A stretch of 64,000 nucleotides of DNA from Thermoanaerobaculales bacterium (lineage in GTDB: Bacteria > Acidobacteriota > Thermoanaerobaculia > Thermoanaerobaculales > Sulfomarinibacteraceae): positions 4,331 to 68,330 of the forward strand of contig JAZBOQ010000241.1 in assembly GCA_036351195.1 (NCBI GenBank), read 5' to 3'. Under the pieces are notes generated by a model. The model searched no databases and was not told where the DNA came from. It worked only from the letters and a program-made list of their open reading frames with translations. The translations under genes and the position numbers were made by a program. This document shows, piece by piece, positions 9,890 through 19,200 of the stretch; position 1 is the stretch's first letter, and every line of letters starts with the position of its first letter.

Positions 9890-9940
9890 GGAGCCAGGCA
9901 CGCAACAATGTCCGCGGCGAACATTGTTGGTGCCAGGCAC
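9890..9940. repeat. Hairpin flanked by direct GCCAGGCAC motifs
   Basis: 'gagccaggcacgc AACAATGT ccgcggcg ACATTGTT ggtgccaggcaccc'. Same boundary motif as 1488-1564. Lies in a divergent promoter region. Confidence 0.45.
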
Positions 9941-10003
9941 CCTTCGATCGGACCCGGAAAGACCTGGCCAACGTGGAGGTTGATCGTTACATTGGATACC
10001 GTG

Positions 10004-10444
10004 ATGAAGCGTTTCGCCGTTTTCGTTCTCGTTCTGCTGATCGCCGCTACGGCGTCAGCCGACGACACCGACAAGCAGTTCGACCTGGCGCTGGAAGAGG
10101 CCCTGCAGCGCCCGCCGGACCCCCGCACCCAGGCGCGGCTGGCCCGGTGGAACGACGACCCCATGGCGAGAGTCGCCATGCACATGGCGTCCGAGCAGGC
10201 CCGGATCATGGGAGGCAACCAGCCCGGCATGGGCCAACCGCGGGCCCTGGTGTTCTCGATCAGGTTGCAAAAAGAGCTCGCCACGGCGCTGATGGTGGCG
10301 TCATCCGCCGGTGGAGTGACCTTCTACGAGCGGCGAATGGCGGTCATCACCTGGCCCTGGGAAGAGGGCGAGGAGCCGAAGCCGGCCATGCCCCTGGACG
10401 AGCAGCTCACGGTGATGCTCGGCGAGCGCCTCGAAAACCCCTGA
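10004..10444 (+). CDS. Secreted hypothetical protein
   Basis: Signal peptide 'MKRFAVFVLVLLIAATASA'. 146 aa. No recognisable motif. Confidence 0.55.
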   Translation: MKRFAVFVLVLLIAATASADDTDKQFDLALEEALQRPPDPRTQARLARWNDDPMARVAMHMASEQARIMGGNQPGMGQPRALVFSIRLQKELATALMVASSAGGVTFYERRMAVITWPWEEGEEPKPAMPLDEQLTVMLGERLENP

Positions 10445-10496
10445 GCCGCCCTCTCGCCCGCCATCGCATGCAAACCGCAGATCACGCCCTATTCAA

Positions 10497-10769
10497 CTAG
10501 AGCCGATCCTTGAGATTCTGCGCGTTCTTGAAGCGGACATACTTCGACGCCGAAATCTCGATGGTTGCGCCGGTGGCGGGGTTGCGGCCCTGGCGCGCCG
10601 GACGCTCGGAAATGAGAAAGGTCCCGAAGTTCGGCACCGTGACCTTGTCACCTTCGGCGAGATACTCACCGGCGAGATCGAAGATGTTGTCGTACACCAT
10701 TGCCACGTGGGTCTTGGGAATCCCCGTCAGATCGGCGATCCGGTCAACCAGGTCCGCTTTGCCAGCCAT
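10497..10769 (-). CDS. hup: HU-family nucleoid DNA-binding protein
   Basis: 'MAGKADLVDRIADLTGIPKTHVAMVYDNIFD...FGTFLISERPARQGRNPATGATIEI' is a canonical HU/IHF arm. 90 aa from ATG 10769. Confidence 0.9.
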   Translation of the reverse strand: MAGKADLVDRIADLTGIPKTHVAMVYDNIFDLAGEYLAEGDKVTVPNFGTFLISERPARQGRNPATGATIEISASKYVRFKNAQNLKDRL

Positions 10770-10847
10770 CGTCGCAGCCCCCTTTGAGTGGATCAAAACT
10801 AGCGCGGTCGCTGCAAACGGGTCAAGCGCGATGAGTAGAATGCTCCC

Positions 10848-11432
10848 ATGACCACCAAAGCCGCACCCTGGACCACATTGGACACCGAAATCCTCGGAAC
10901 CTATCCCATCTTCGAGCTCTCACGCAGCCGGCAGCGCTCACCGATCTCCGGCCGCGAGCACCATTTTTTCAAGCTCGACTGTCCGGACTGGGTCAACATC
11001 GTCGCCGTCACCGGCAGTGGCGAGATGGTCCTCGTCACCCAGTACCGCCACGGTACCGACTCCATGACTCTGGAGATTCCGGGCGGCGCCGTCGACCCGG
11101 GCGAGGATCCCGCCACCACCGCGGCCCGGGAGCTCGAGGAAGAGACCGGCTACCGCCCAGCGGAGCTGGTGGAGATCGGCGCGGTGGAGCCGAACCCCGC
11201 GTTTCTCTCCAACCGCTGTTGGACCTACCTGGCCCTTGGGTGCCGCGCCGACGGCCAGACCCACTTCGACCCGTCGGAGGAAATCGAGGTCTCGCTGGCG
11301 CCGCTCGCCGACTTCGGCCGACTCATCGACAGCGGCGAGATCACCCACTCGCTCGTCGTCGCCGCGCACGACCACCTGCGCCGCGGCATCAGTCGCGGCG
11401 CAGACTGGGTCGCTCGCCTACCGCAATCTTGA
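10848..11432 (+). CDS. NUDIX hydrolase (ADP-ribose pyrophosphatase-like)
   Basis: Nudix box 'GGAVDPGEDPATTAARELEEETGY'. Confidence 0.85.
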   Translation: MTTKAAPWTTLDTEILGTYPIFELSRSRQRSPISGREHHFFKLDCPDWVNIVAVTGSGEMVLVTQYRHGTDSMTLEIPGGAVDPGEDPATTAARELEEETGYRPAELVEIGAVEPNPAFLSNRCWTYLALGCRADGQTHFDPSEEIEVSLAPLADFGRLIDSGEITHSLVVAAHDHLRRGISRGADWVARLPQS

Positions 11433-11486
11433 TTTCCTGATGTTGAGTATTGAATTCAGCCTCCTGTAAGATTCGGCGAATCGACA

Positions 11487-11620
11487 GAGTGATGGCCTCA
11501 CCGGGACGAGATCACGCCGGCGGGGGCGCCGGCACTACAAGGGAGCTCAGTAATTTGTAGCGCCGGCGCCTTCGCCGGCGATCTGCCTTCGAGCTCTGTC
11601 TTCTCCTGGAATTCGGTATA
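11487..11620. repeat. ~133-nt structured repeat, copy 2
   Basis: See 6731-6863. Here it is enclosed by different outer inverted arms: 'gaattcagcctc' (about 11451) and 'gaggctgaattc' (about 11629). Confidence 0.8.
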
Positions 11621-11757
11621 TCTGCTAGAGGCTGAATTCCCATCGCATCCGCTCCATCAGCGCCACGTGAGATCGGTTGCGATGGAAGTCATCATTCATC
11701 ATTCATCATTTTGTGGCGGGAATGCGGCGGCGCCTCCATTTCGTTGCCCCTGGAGCC

Positions 11758-12294
11758 ATGAAAAACACCACCACGACGATCCTCTTTGCGGCTGCGATGC
11801 TCGCCGCCGCCGTTCCCGCCACAGGAGACGACGACATGCTCCAGCCCGGAATGCCCTTTCCCGCCTTCGAACTGCCCGCCCACGACGGCACCACGGTGTC
11901 GAGCGCCGATCTCGAAGGGACCCCCTACCTGATCTTCTTCTACCCCAAGGCCAACACCGGTGGTTGAACCGTCGAGGCCAACCAGCTGCGGGACAGCTGG
12001 TCCGACCTCCAGGCGCGCGGAGTCACCGTCATCGGCGCCTCCTACGACACCATCGAGGCCAACCGGTCCTGGGCCGAAAAGAACAACCTGCCCTTCAAGC
12101 TGCTCTCCGATCGCGACAAGACCCTCGCCGAGCAGGTGGGCGCCGCGCGCGCTCTGATCCCGGTTCCGAAACGGATCTCCTACCTCGTCGCCGCCGACGG
12201 CTCGGTGCTCATTGCCTACCCCAAGGTCGACCCCAAGACCCACGCCGAGCAGGTCCTCGCTGACCTCGACCGCGTCATCCCACCACGCGACTGA
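11758..12294 (+). CDS. Bcp-type peroxiredoxin with in-frame UGA (predicted selenocysteine) at the peroxidatic position
   Basis: The frame reads '..FFYPKANTGG[TGA 11965-11967]TVEANQLRDSWSDLQARGVTVIGASYDTIEANRSWAEKNNLPFKLLSDRDKTLAEQVG..RISYLVAADGSVLIAYPKVDPKTHAEQVL..' and ends at TGA 12292-12294. This matches the canonical Bcp motif FYPKDxTPGCTxEA. The ORF track stops at 11967. Start is uncertain: ATG 11758 gives a signal-like N-terminus, while ATG 11836 has a strong AGGAGA SD and would give a cytoplasmic form. Confidence 0.75.
11974..12009 (+). promoter_or_regulatory. SECIS-like stem-loop downstream of the peroxiredoxin UGA
   Basis: Upper stem CCAGCTG (11982-11988) / CAGCTGG (11994-12000) with G-rich apical loop CGGGA. 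Lower stem GAGG (11974-11977) / CCTC (12006-12009). The apical loop begins 24 nt after the U of the UGA, inside the range used for bacterial SECIS models. Confidence 0.6.
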
Positions 12295-12330
12295 ACCACT
12301 TCAGAGGGCACCACGGGTAACCAGAGAAAC

Positions 12331-12354
12331 GGCGGGCTGCAACAGCAGCCCGCC
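12331..12354. terminator. GC-rich hairpin between convergent genes (probable terminator)
   Basis: 'GGCGGGCTGC aaca GCAGCCCGCC' is a 10-bp stem. A second hairpin, CCCGGCC..GGCCGGG, follows at about 12359-12385. No clear U-tract. Confidence 0.45.
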
Positions 12355-12411
12355 CGTACCCGGCCGGTTTCGCCCGAAGGCCGGGTGCAAGAGAACCTTC
12401 CGGCCTGGGTC

Positions 12412-13935
12412 TCACCTCTCGTCGGCCGCGTCGCCCGCGGGCCCGTCCGAGAGCCGGCCGACCCATCCCTTCATCGCATCGGCGGCCATGTCGCGGCAAC
12501 CAAGCCCGAACGCCAACGCGATGGCGACCGCGATGGCCCCGATGAGGGCGCCGAACGCAAGAGTGATGATCTCGTTGGCGAGACCCATCTGGCGGAGGGC
12601 CATGGCGCCGGCGAGGAAGAGAATCGCCACCCGGGCGGCGAGCCCGAGCACCGGCGCCTGAGCGGAGCGGCCGGCCTCGATCGTTCTGGCCGCCAGATCT
12701 CCCAGGAAGAGGCCGATACCCAAGATCACCAGACCCAGGGCGACATGACCGGCAAAGACCATGAACTCGGTGATGAGAACGGCCAAGGCCTCGAAGTTCA
12801 ACAGCCGGAGCGCCTCGATGGTCGCGAAGAGCATCAACGCGACCAGCACGAGATGCCCGGCGATCTCCGACGGTGTCTGGCGGTCTTCTTCGGGCTCGTA
12901 GGCGATGCCGAGGCGCCCGAGAATGTTGTTGAATCCGACCCCGGCAAGGAGATTCGCCACGAGGCCGGAGACGATCCGCCCGACGAAGAAGGCGATGGCC
13001 AACACCAGCGACGCGCCGAAGAGCAGCGGCAGCGCCGCGAGGATGGTCTCGAGCATCTGGCTGGCCGGTGCGGTGATGGCCTCGAGCCGCAGCGTGTTCA
13101 GCGCGGCGACGAGAACCGGAATCAGAATGAGTACATAGACCAGCAGGCCGATGAGCCCCGAGAGCTTCTGGTCGCCGAGGGCCTTCGCGAGACCCGTGTT
13201 GTCCGCCAGCTGGTCGGTCCCCACCGCGGCCAGCAGATTGGAGACGATTCTCTGGATCACCCGCGCCAGCAACCACCCAGCGGCGAGGATGAGAAGGGCC
13301 GCGAGCAGGTTGGGCAGGAAGGCGAGCATCTTGTCGAGCATCCCCTGCACCGGATCGAGCAGCCCTTGGAGCTTGAGGGCGCCCAGAATCGCGGGCAGGA
13401 AGAGGAGGAAGACCAGCCAATACACCGCCTCGCTGACCGTCTTGGCGATCGGAACATGGGACTCGCCGTCGAGCCCGGCGCCCTGTCCCAGCTTCTCATC
13501 CAGCGCCATCGCCGTCAGGACCCGGTTGACGACGAATCGCAGCCCGGTGGCGATGCCCCAGGCGATGACCGCGAGAATCGCCGGACCGATGAGGTTCGGC
13601 AGGTAATCGGCGATGGTGCCCAGGAACCGGTTGAGAGGTTCGGTGATCAGGCGCAGTCCCAGCGCCTCGAAGAAGGCCACCAGGACAAAGAGCATGAGCA
13701 GCCAGAAGACCGCTCGGCCCGCCCATTTTTCAATTTCGGGGACCCTTTCGGCATCCTCTCCCACCAACCACTCGGCCATTCGGTTGTCGACCTTGGTTCG
13801 GCGGAGGCCCCTCTTCACCAGGATCCCCGAGACGAAGGCGATGAGCCATCCCACGACCAGGATTGCCAACGCAATGAGCATCTGGCCGAGATTGGCGGTG
13901 AGAAACTCCCTTGCGACGTCGATGATCTGCTGCAT
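12412..13935 (-). CDS. Membrane protein with about 5 'conserved TM helix' repeats (MscS-associated family)
   Basis: Repeated module such as 'LIALAILVVGWLIAFVSGILVKRGL', 'AILAVIAWGIATGLRFVVNRVL', 'LAALLILAAGWLLARVIQRIVSNLL', 'LVLAIAFFVGRIVSGLVANLL'. Directly downstream of mscS. Confidence 0.7.
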   Translation of the reverse strand: MQQIIDVAREFLTANLGQMLIALAILVVGWLIAFVSGILVKRGLRRTKVDNRMAEWLVGEDAERVPEIEKWAGRAVFWLLMLFVLVAFFEALGLRLITEPLNRFLGTIADYLPNLIGPAILAVIAWGIATGLRFVVNRVLTAMALDEKLGQGAGLDGESHVPIAKTVSEAVYWLVFLLFLPAILGALKLQGLLDPVQGMLDKMLAFLPNLLAALLILAAGWLLARVIQRIVSNLLAAVGTDQLADNTGLAKALGDQKLSGLIGLLVYVLILIPVLVAALNTLRLEAITAPASQMLETILAALPLLFGASLVLAIAFFVGRIVSGLVANLLAGVGFNNILGRLGIAYEPEEDRQTPSEIAGHLVLVALMLFATIEALRLLNFEALAVLITEFMVFAGHVALGLVILGIGLFLGDLAARTIEAGRSAQAPVLGLAARVAILFLAGAMALRQMGLANEIITLAFGALIGAIAVAIALAFGLGCRDMAADAMKGWVGRLSDGPAGDAADER

Positions 13936-14061
13936 ACCACTCCTCCTCGGGTCATCCGGCCGACGCGGGCGACCCCGACACGCTCATCGCGCCAAGTGCC
14001 GGGCGATCGGACGACGCCTCACGCTGAATTTTGTCCTTTGACACCATGAGTCTACACGACG

Positions 14062-14091
14062 AAAAAGAGCGGAGCCCCGGAGCTCCGCTCT
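14062..14091 (-). terminator. Rho-independent terminator after mscS
   Basis: On the minus strand, 'AGAGCGGAGC tccggg GCTCCGCTCT' is followed by TTTTTCGTCGT. Confidence 0.7.
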
Positions 14092-14146
14092 GCTGTCGAT
14101 GATGTTTTCGATCGTCGGATGTCCTGAAGGCTCCGTCGATACCCGG

Positions 14147-14956
14147 TTACGACGCCTGGTGCATGTGCACGTCCTGCTGCGGGAAGGGGAAGGAGCAACC
14201 AGCCTCTTCCAGGCCCTCCTTGAGGGCGCGGGTCAGATCGAAGCGCAGCGGCCAGTAGTCCGAGCCGTTGCACCACGGGCGGACCACCAGGTCCACCGAC
14301 GACGCGCCGAGCTCGGCGACGGCGATCTGCGGCGCCGGCTCGGCCAGCACCCGCTCGTCGGCAGTGACGATCTTCTTGATGGTGTCCATGGCGAGCTGGA
14401 TGTCGTCGCCGTAATCAATGCCGACGACGAGATCGATGCGCCGGGTGTCGAAGCCGTTGTAGTTGGAAATCGTGCCGCCCCACACCTGGGAGTTCGGCAC
14501 CGTGATCATGACGTTGTCGCCGGTCCTCATGACGGTTGAGAAGATGCCCAGCGAGACCACGGGACCGGTGACGCCGCCCGCCTCGACGAAGTCCCCGACC
14601 TTGAACGGCCGAAAGACCAGCAGCATGACTCCGGCGGCGAAGTTGGAGAGGGTTCCCTGCAACGCGAGACCGACGGCGAGACCGGCGGCGCCGAGAACGG
14701 CAACCAGAGAGGCGGTCTGGATGCCGAAGAGGCTCAGCACCGCGATCACGACAACGGCCATGGCCAGGTAGTAGACCAGCGACGAGACAAACGGGATCAA
14801 GGTGGCGTCGACCTCCCGCTTCTGCATGGTCTTGCGGATGCCGCCGCGGATGATCCCGGCGACCATCCGGCCGATGATCAGCAGCGCGATGGCGCCGATG
14901 ACCCTGATCCCCCAGGTTGTGATGATCGGAACAATGCTGTTGAAATCGAAATCCAT
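14147..14956 (-). CDS. mscS: Small-conductance mechanosensitive channel
   Basis: 'LGAAGLAVGLALQGTLSNFAAGVMLLVFRPFKVGDFVE' is the TM3 pore helix and start of the beta domain. '...TVPNSQVW' also present. 269 aa. Confidence 0.9.
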   Translation of the reverse strand: MDFDFNSIVPIITTWGIRVIGAIALLIIGRMVAGIIRGGIRKTMQKREVDATLIPFVSSLVYYLAMAVVVIAVLSLFGIQTASLVAVLGAAGLAVGLALQGTLSNFAAGVMLLVFRPFKVGDFVEAGGVTGPVVSLGIFSTVMRTGDNVMITVPNSQVWGGTISNYNGFDTRRIDLVVGIDYGDDIQLAMDTIKKIVTADERVLAEPAPQIAVAELGASSVDLVVRPWCNGSDYWPLRFDLTRALKEGLEEAGCSFPFPQQDVHMHQAS

Positions 14957-14980
14957 GTCATGCCCCCTCAGTCAAACGGA

Positions 14981-15772
14981 TCAGAAGTTGAAGACCACCG
15001 AGACCTTGGTGGTGGTGTCGGTGTCGTCGTAGGTGTCGTCGATGGGCTGATTCCGGTAACGGACCAGATAGCTGAACTGCAGCGCCATGAGATCGGTCAG
15101 GGCCGCCTTCACGGCCGTGTCCGACGCGAGCCTCCAGTTGGAGCTGTCGTCGAAGTTCGGGTAGTAGAGCAGGCGCTGCGCCAGGGACGCGTTCTTGCTG
15201 AAGGCCCAGTCCCACTTCAGGCCGGCAATGCCGCCGAGCCAGTCGTCGGTCTCGGTGTACTCGCGCTCCGTCATTTCGTCGAAGAAGATCTGGTCCTCGC
15301 TGGTCCAGGTCAGACCGGCGTCGAAGCTCAAGGTGTGTTTGTCGGTCTTGACGGCGATGTACTCGGCGCCCGCCTCGGCGATGGTGCGGGAGTCGAATCC
15401 GCCGAAGGTGTCCTTGGCCCAGCTCAGACCCGCGAAGAGCGACCAGCGGTCGTTGAGGGCGCGGCTGCCCCGCGCGCCGACCAGGTACTGCTCGGCGGTG
15501 ACCTCACCGTCATCCTCCGCCCGGGTGAAGGTGGCGACGAAGGCCATTCCCCACGGAGTCGGCCGGCGTTCGGACTTGAAGTCGAGCCCGAGCGACGAGG
15601 TGTCGGTGTTGCCGCTGGTGCCGACGTAGGACAGCCCGAGAGCATTGGTCCAAAGCGGCTCCGGCGCCGCTTCCTCGGCGGCATCGTCCTGGGCCATCAC
15701 CGGTCCCGCGGCGAGCGCGGCCACGAGGGCGAGCGTTGCTGTGATGTGGCGATTCGTTCGACGGTTGATCAT
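14981..15772 (-). CDS. DUF481-family outer-membrane beta-barrel protein (YdiY-like)
   Basis: Signal peptide 'MINRRTNRHITATLALVAALAAGPVMAQ'. 'LGLSYVGTSGNTDTSSLGLDFKSER'. Alternating beta-strand pattern ending in '..KVSVVFNF'. Confidence 0.75.
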   Translation of the reverse strand: MINRRTNRHITATLALVAALAAGPVMAQDDAAEEAAPEPLWTNALGLSYVGTSGNTDTSSLGLDFKSERRPTPWGMAFVATFTRAEDDGEVTAEQYLVGARGSRALNDRWSLFAGLSWAKDTFGGFDSRTIAEAGAEYIAVKTDKHTLSFDAGLTWTSEDQIFFDEMTEREYTETDDWLGGIAGLKWDWAFSKNASLAQRLLYYPNFDDSSNWRLASDTAVKAALTDLMALQFSYLVRYRNQPIDDTYDDTDTTTKVSVVFNF

Positions 15773-16257
15773 GGTTCCTCTCCTGATGGGTGCTGGTTGC
15801 AATCGTTAAAATATCGCGTCTGAGGAACATCAACGCGGGCCGGTCCCGGTTTCTTCCTCCTCCGGTCTCCCTGTTCGTCGGATCGTGGGATCTTACCTGA
15901 TTCCGATCCTGATTCGACACGGTTCCGCGGCCCGGCGTACCACGACGAATCAGCCCTGTCCCCATATGAGACAGGAACCGGCGGAAATCGTCACACCGGC
16001 ATAGAAATAACCGGGCACGCTTATTGCGAATGGTTAGCGATTGGAGGGCTGGAAGCGTTGTGGGTTCAATTCAAATCGGGTGCTCTTCCCGCGACGATGT
16101 TTGACAAAGCGACGACAATCCATCCCGGCAAATCGAAGCTGAACGCCTATAATTTCCCTCTTATCGGAGGGGGCAGACCGATGTATCGCGGCGGCGGCAG
16201 CGGCCGTGAATACGATCGACCGCCAACCCGACGACACAATCCGAACCCGGAGAGACC

Positions 16258-19200
16258 ATGAAACGCACCACAACGGCCGTTCTCTGCCTGCTGACCATCG
16301 CCCTCGCCGCCACCAGCGCCACCGCCCAGACGCTGCCCCCGGCAATGAGCGGGACGCCTCCGACCGAGAGCTTCATCGGCGAGGGCTTTTGTTTCGACGC
16401 CGAGATGTCCAATCCGGGAGGCGACCCGGGATACGGACCGTACCTTCGGTTGATCGTTCCCACCGGATTGACCTTCGACTCGGCGTCGGTCTTCGGCCTC
16501 GACCTCGCCGGGCTCGGGTTGATCACCGACGCCGGGGTCTTTCCCCCGGCACCGGGCAACCAGCTCACCGACCCGTTGACCGGAACCCTCGTCACCGGTC
16601 CCGAAGGCTCCCGGCTCTACACCTTGATGGCGCCGGTCGGTTCGGTGGTCTTCGGTCAGCCCGACACCGTCTTCTCGATCTGCATGTCCATCGGCCTGCC
16701 GCCCGATGCCGTCGTCGGCACACCCCTCGACGTCACCCTGCAGCCGGTCTACCTCTTCGGCGACACGCCGACCGGCGACAACGGGCCCATCGAGGGAACC
16801 GCGTCGACCGATCCGGTCACCCCCACCCTCATCCTCTTCGAAAAGAACGCCACCGGGGGCAAGAACGCCGCCGGCCCCTCCGATACCGCCGGCTACACCC
16901 TGACGGCGGACGTCGCCAACCAACAGACGGTCACCGATCTCGTGTTCTCCGACACCCTGCCGGCGAGCTTCATCTACACCGGCCACTCGATCTCGGGCTC
17001 CGGCGTCGGGTGCACGACGACCACCGCACCGGCGGTGGGCGCCAACGGCGGACTTCTCGAGGTGAGCTGCGCCTCGGTGCTCGGCACCACCGGTGCGGGC
17101 GAGATCGTGGTCGACATCGCCGGGTACGCCGATGACATCCTCGACCACGAAAACTGCGACTTCCAACCGCTGCCCAACAGCGCGACTCTCGACGCACGCT
17201 ACCTCGGTCTCGGGCTGCCGCAGGCGTCGGACACCGCCGAGTTCGTCACCCAGCACCTGGTCATCGAGAAGAGCGCACCCGCCGGCGGAGCCCCCGGCTC
17301 CCCGCTGACCTACACCATCGACTTCCGGGTCTCGGACTACATCGACGCCGACAACCTCGTCCTCGTCGACACTCTTCCCGACGGGATCGACTTCACCACC
17401 GCCGGCCCCTTCACCCTGATCTACGAGGGCAGTTCCTACCCCATTGCACCGGTTGTCCAACAGGACACCCCGAGCGTCGGCCGGACGACGGTGACCTGGG
17501 ACCTGAGCGCCGCCATCGGCGCGATCCTCGCCGGCGGGACCTCGGGCTCGTTGAGCTACCCGGCGACGGTTCAGACGCTGTACGACGCAACCGGCATCGA
17601 GGTGTTGGCCAACGACGGTCTGCCCAACACGGTCAACGGCGCCTTCGACCTGGTCGGCGCCCTCAACCCCGCGTGCTTCGACAACTCGAGCGCCACCGTC
17701 ACGATCCTTCCGGTGAACATCAGCAAGACCATCGTCAACCCGGCGCCGGCGTACCGGCCGGGGGACACGGTGATCTTCTCGCTGACCATGTCGATTCCCT
17801 CCGGCGATTCGGCCGACATCGTCTTCACCGACTACCTGCCGCTGCCGGTCTTCGACGTGACCACCATCGATCCCACCTGGGGCGGCCCGAATGTCTACCC
17901 CGGACCGGCGACCTCGCCGGAATCTGCCGCGATCCTCGGCGCCACCCCGCCGCTGGTCACCCCCAACCCGGCGGAGAACTCGGTTCGCATCGAGTTTCCG
18001 GATATTCTCACCGGCGGCCTGCCCCAGACCCTCGAGGTCCGGCTGGCTGTCCAGGTCACCGATCTGCCCTTCTCCGACCCGCTGTTCCTGACCAACCTGT
18101 TCGCCGCCGAGTCCGCCAACACGCCGCAACAGACCTCCACCGACCTCCAGCCCGTCTTCCTCCAGGTCCGCGCTCCCGAGCTCGTGATCACCAAGGGCGT
18201 CTTCGCGACCACCAACGGCGGCGCCACGATCACCCCGGCGCCGCCGGCGAACCTCCTCGACGATCCCGTCGAGGGCGACCTCACCAACGGCGACGCCGGC
18301 GACGTCGTGACCTTCGTCGCCACCGTCGAGAACCAGGGCGGCGCCCCCGCCGGCAACGTCCGGATCTGGGACAGCGTGCCCGCCGGCCACACCGGCTGCA
18401 GCGTCGTCTCGGTGGTCAACGGCAACGGGACCCCATTGACCTTCACCGGCGACTTCTTCGACGCGGGCAACCCGCTGCTGCTCGACACCGATCTCATTGC
18501 CAACGATGAGGACCCGTCGACCTACGGCGCCGACACCGCCATCGTCACCTTCGCCTGCACCCTCGACACCGTGGTCGAGCCGCGCCAGGTGATCACCGAC
18601 ACCGCCTCGGCGCTGTGGACCACCGCGGTGGGCACTCCCGGTGTCGACGACTACCCCCGGATCGACGACGACGCGTCGGTGACCATCGCCGACACGACGA
18701 TTCTCAAGAGCGTGCTGCCGACGAACGCCGTCGTCGGCCAGGTGGTGACTTACACGGTCACGGTGACGGTCCCGGGCGGCACCTCGAGCCCGGTGACATT
18801 GACCGACGACCTCACCGGCCGGGTCGCCTTTGTCGACTGCCTCTCGGTCAGCGCCAGCCCCGGGATGTCCACCACCATCGGCAGCTTCGCCGACGCCTGC
18901 AACGACCCGACCAATCCGACGGTGACCGGCAACGGACGCTATCTGAACTTCGACCTCGGCACCGTCACCAATCCGGGCTCGCCCAATGCCGATGCCGGCA
19001 CGGTCACCTTCACCTACACCGCGGTCGTACTCAACACGAGCTCGGTGAACCATGGCAACCAGCCACGCAACCGGGCGACCTGGAGCTGGTCCGGAGGTTC
19101 GGTGGAGAGCCGGGTCCGCGTCACCGTCCAGGAGCCGCAGCTCCGCGTCGTCAAGGAAACCGTGCCCGAACCGCTGCCGCCGGTGGACGCCGGCGACACC

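Noticed and set aside
11965-11967. Peroxiredoxin TGA as a true stop or an inactivating nonsense mutation (pseudogene).
   Set aside because: The TGA falls precisely on the catalytic Cys codon. The downstream 108 codons are intact and family-typical, with no frameshift or further stop. A SECIS-like hairpin and selD are present. The pseudogene alternative is kept as the refutation test in the findings.
16092-16154. Possible promoter of the giant adhesin gene: TTGACA at 16092 and a perfect TATAAT at 16149-16154.
   Set aside because: The two hexamers are about 50 nt apart, so they cannot belong to one sigma70 promoter. The TATAAT has no convincing -35. It is too weak to list as a feature.
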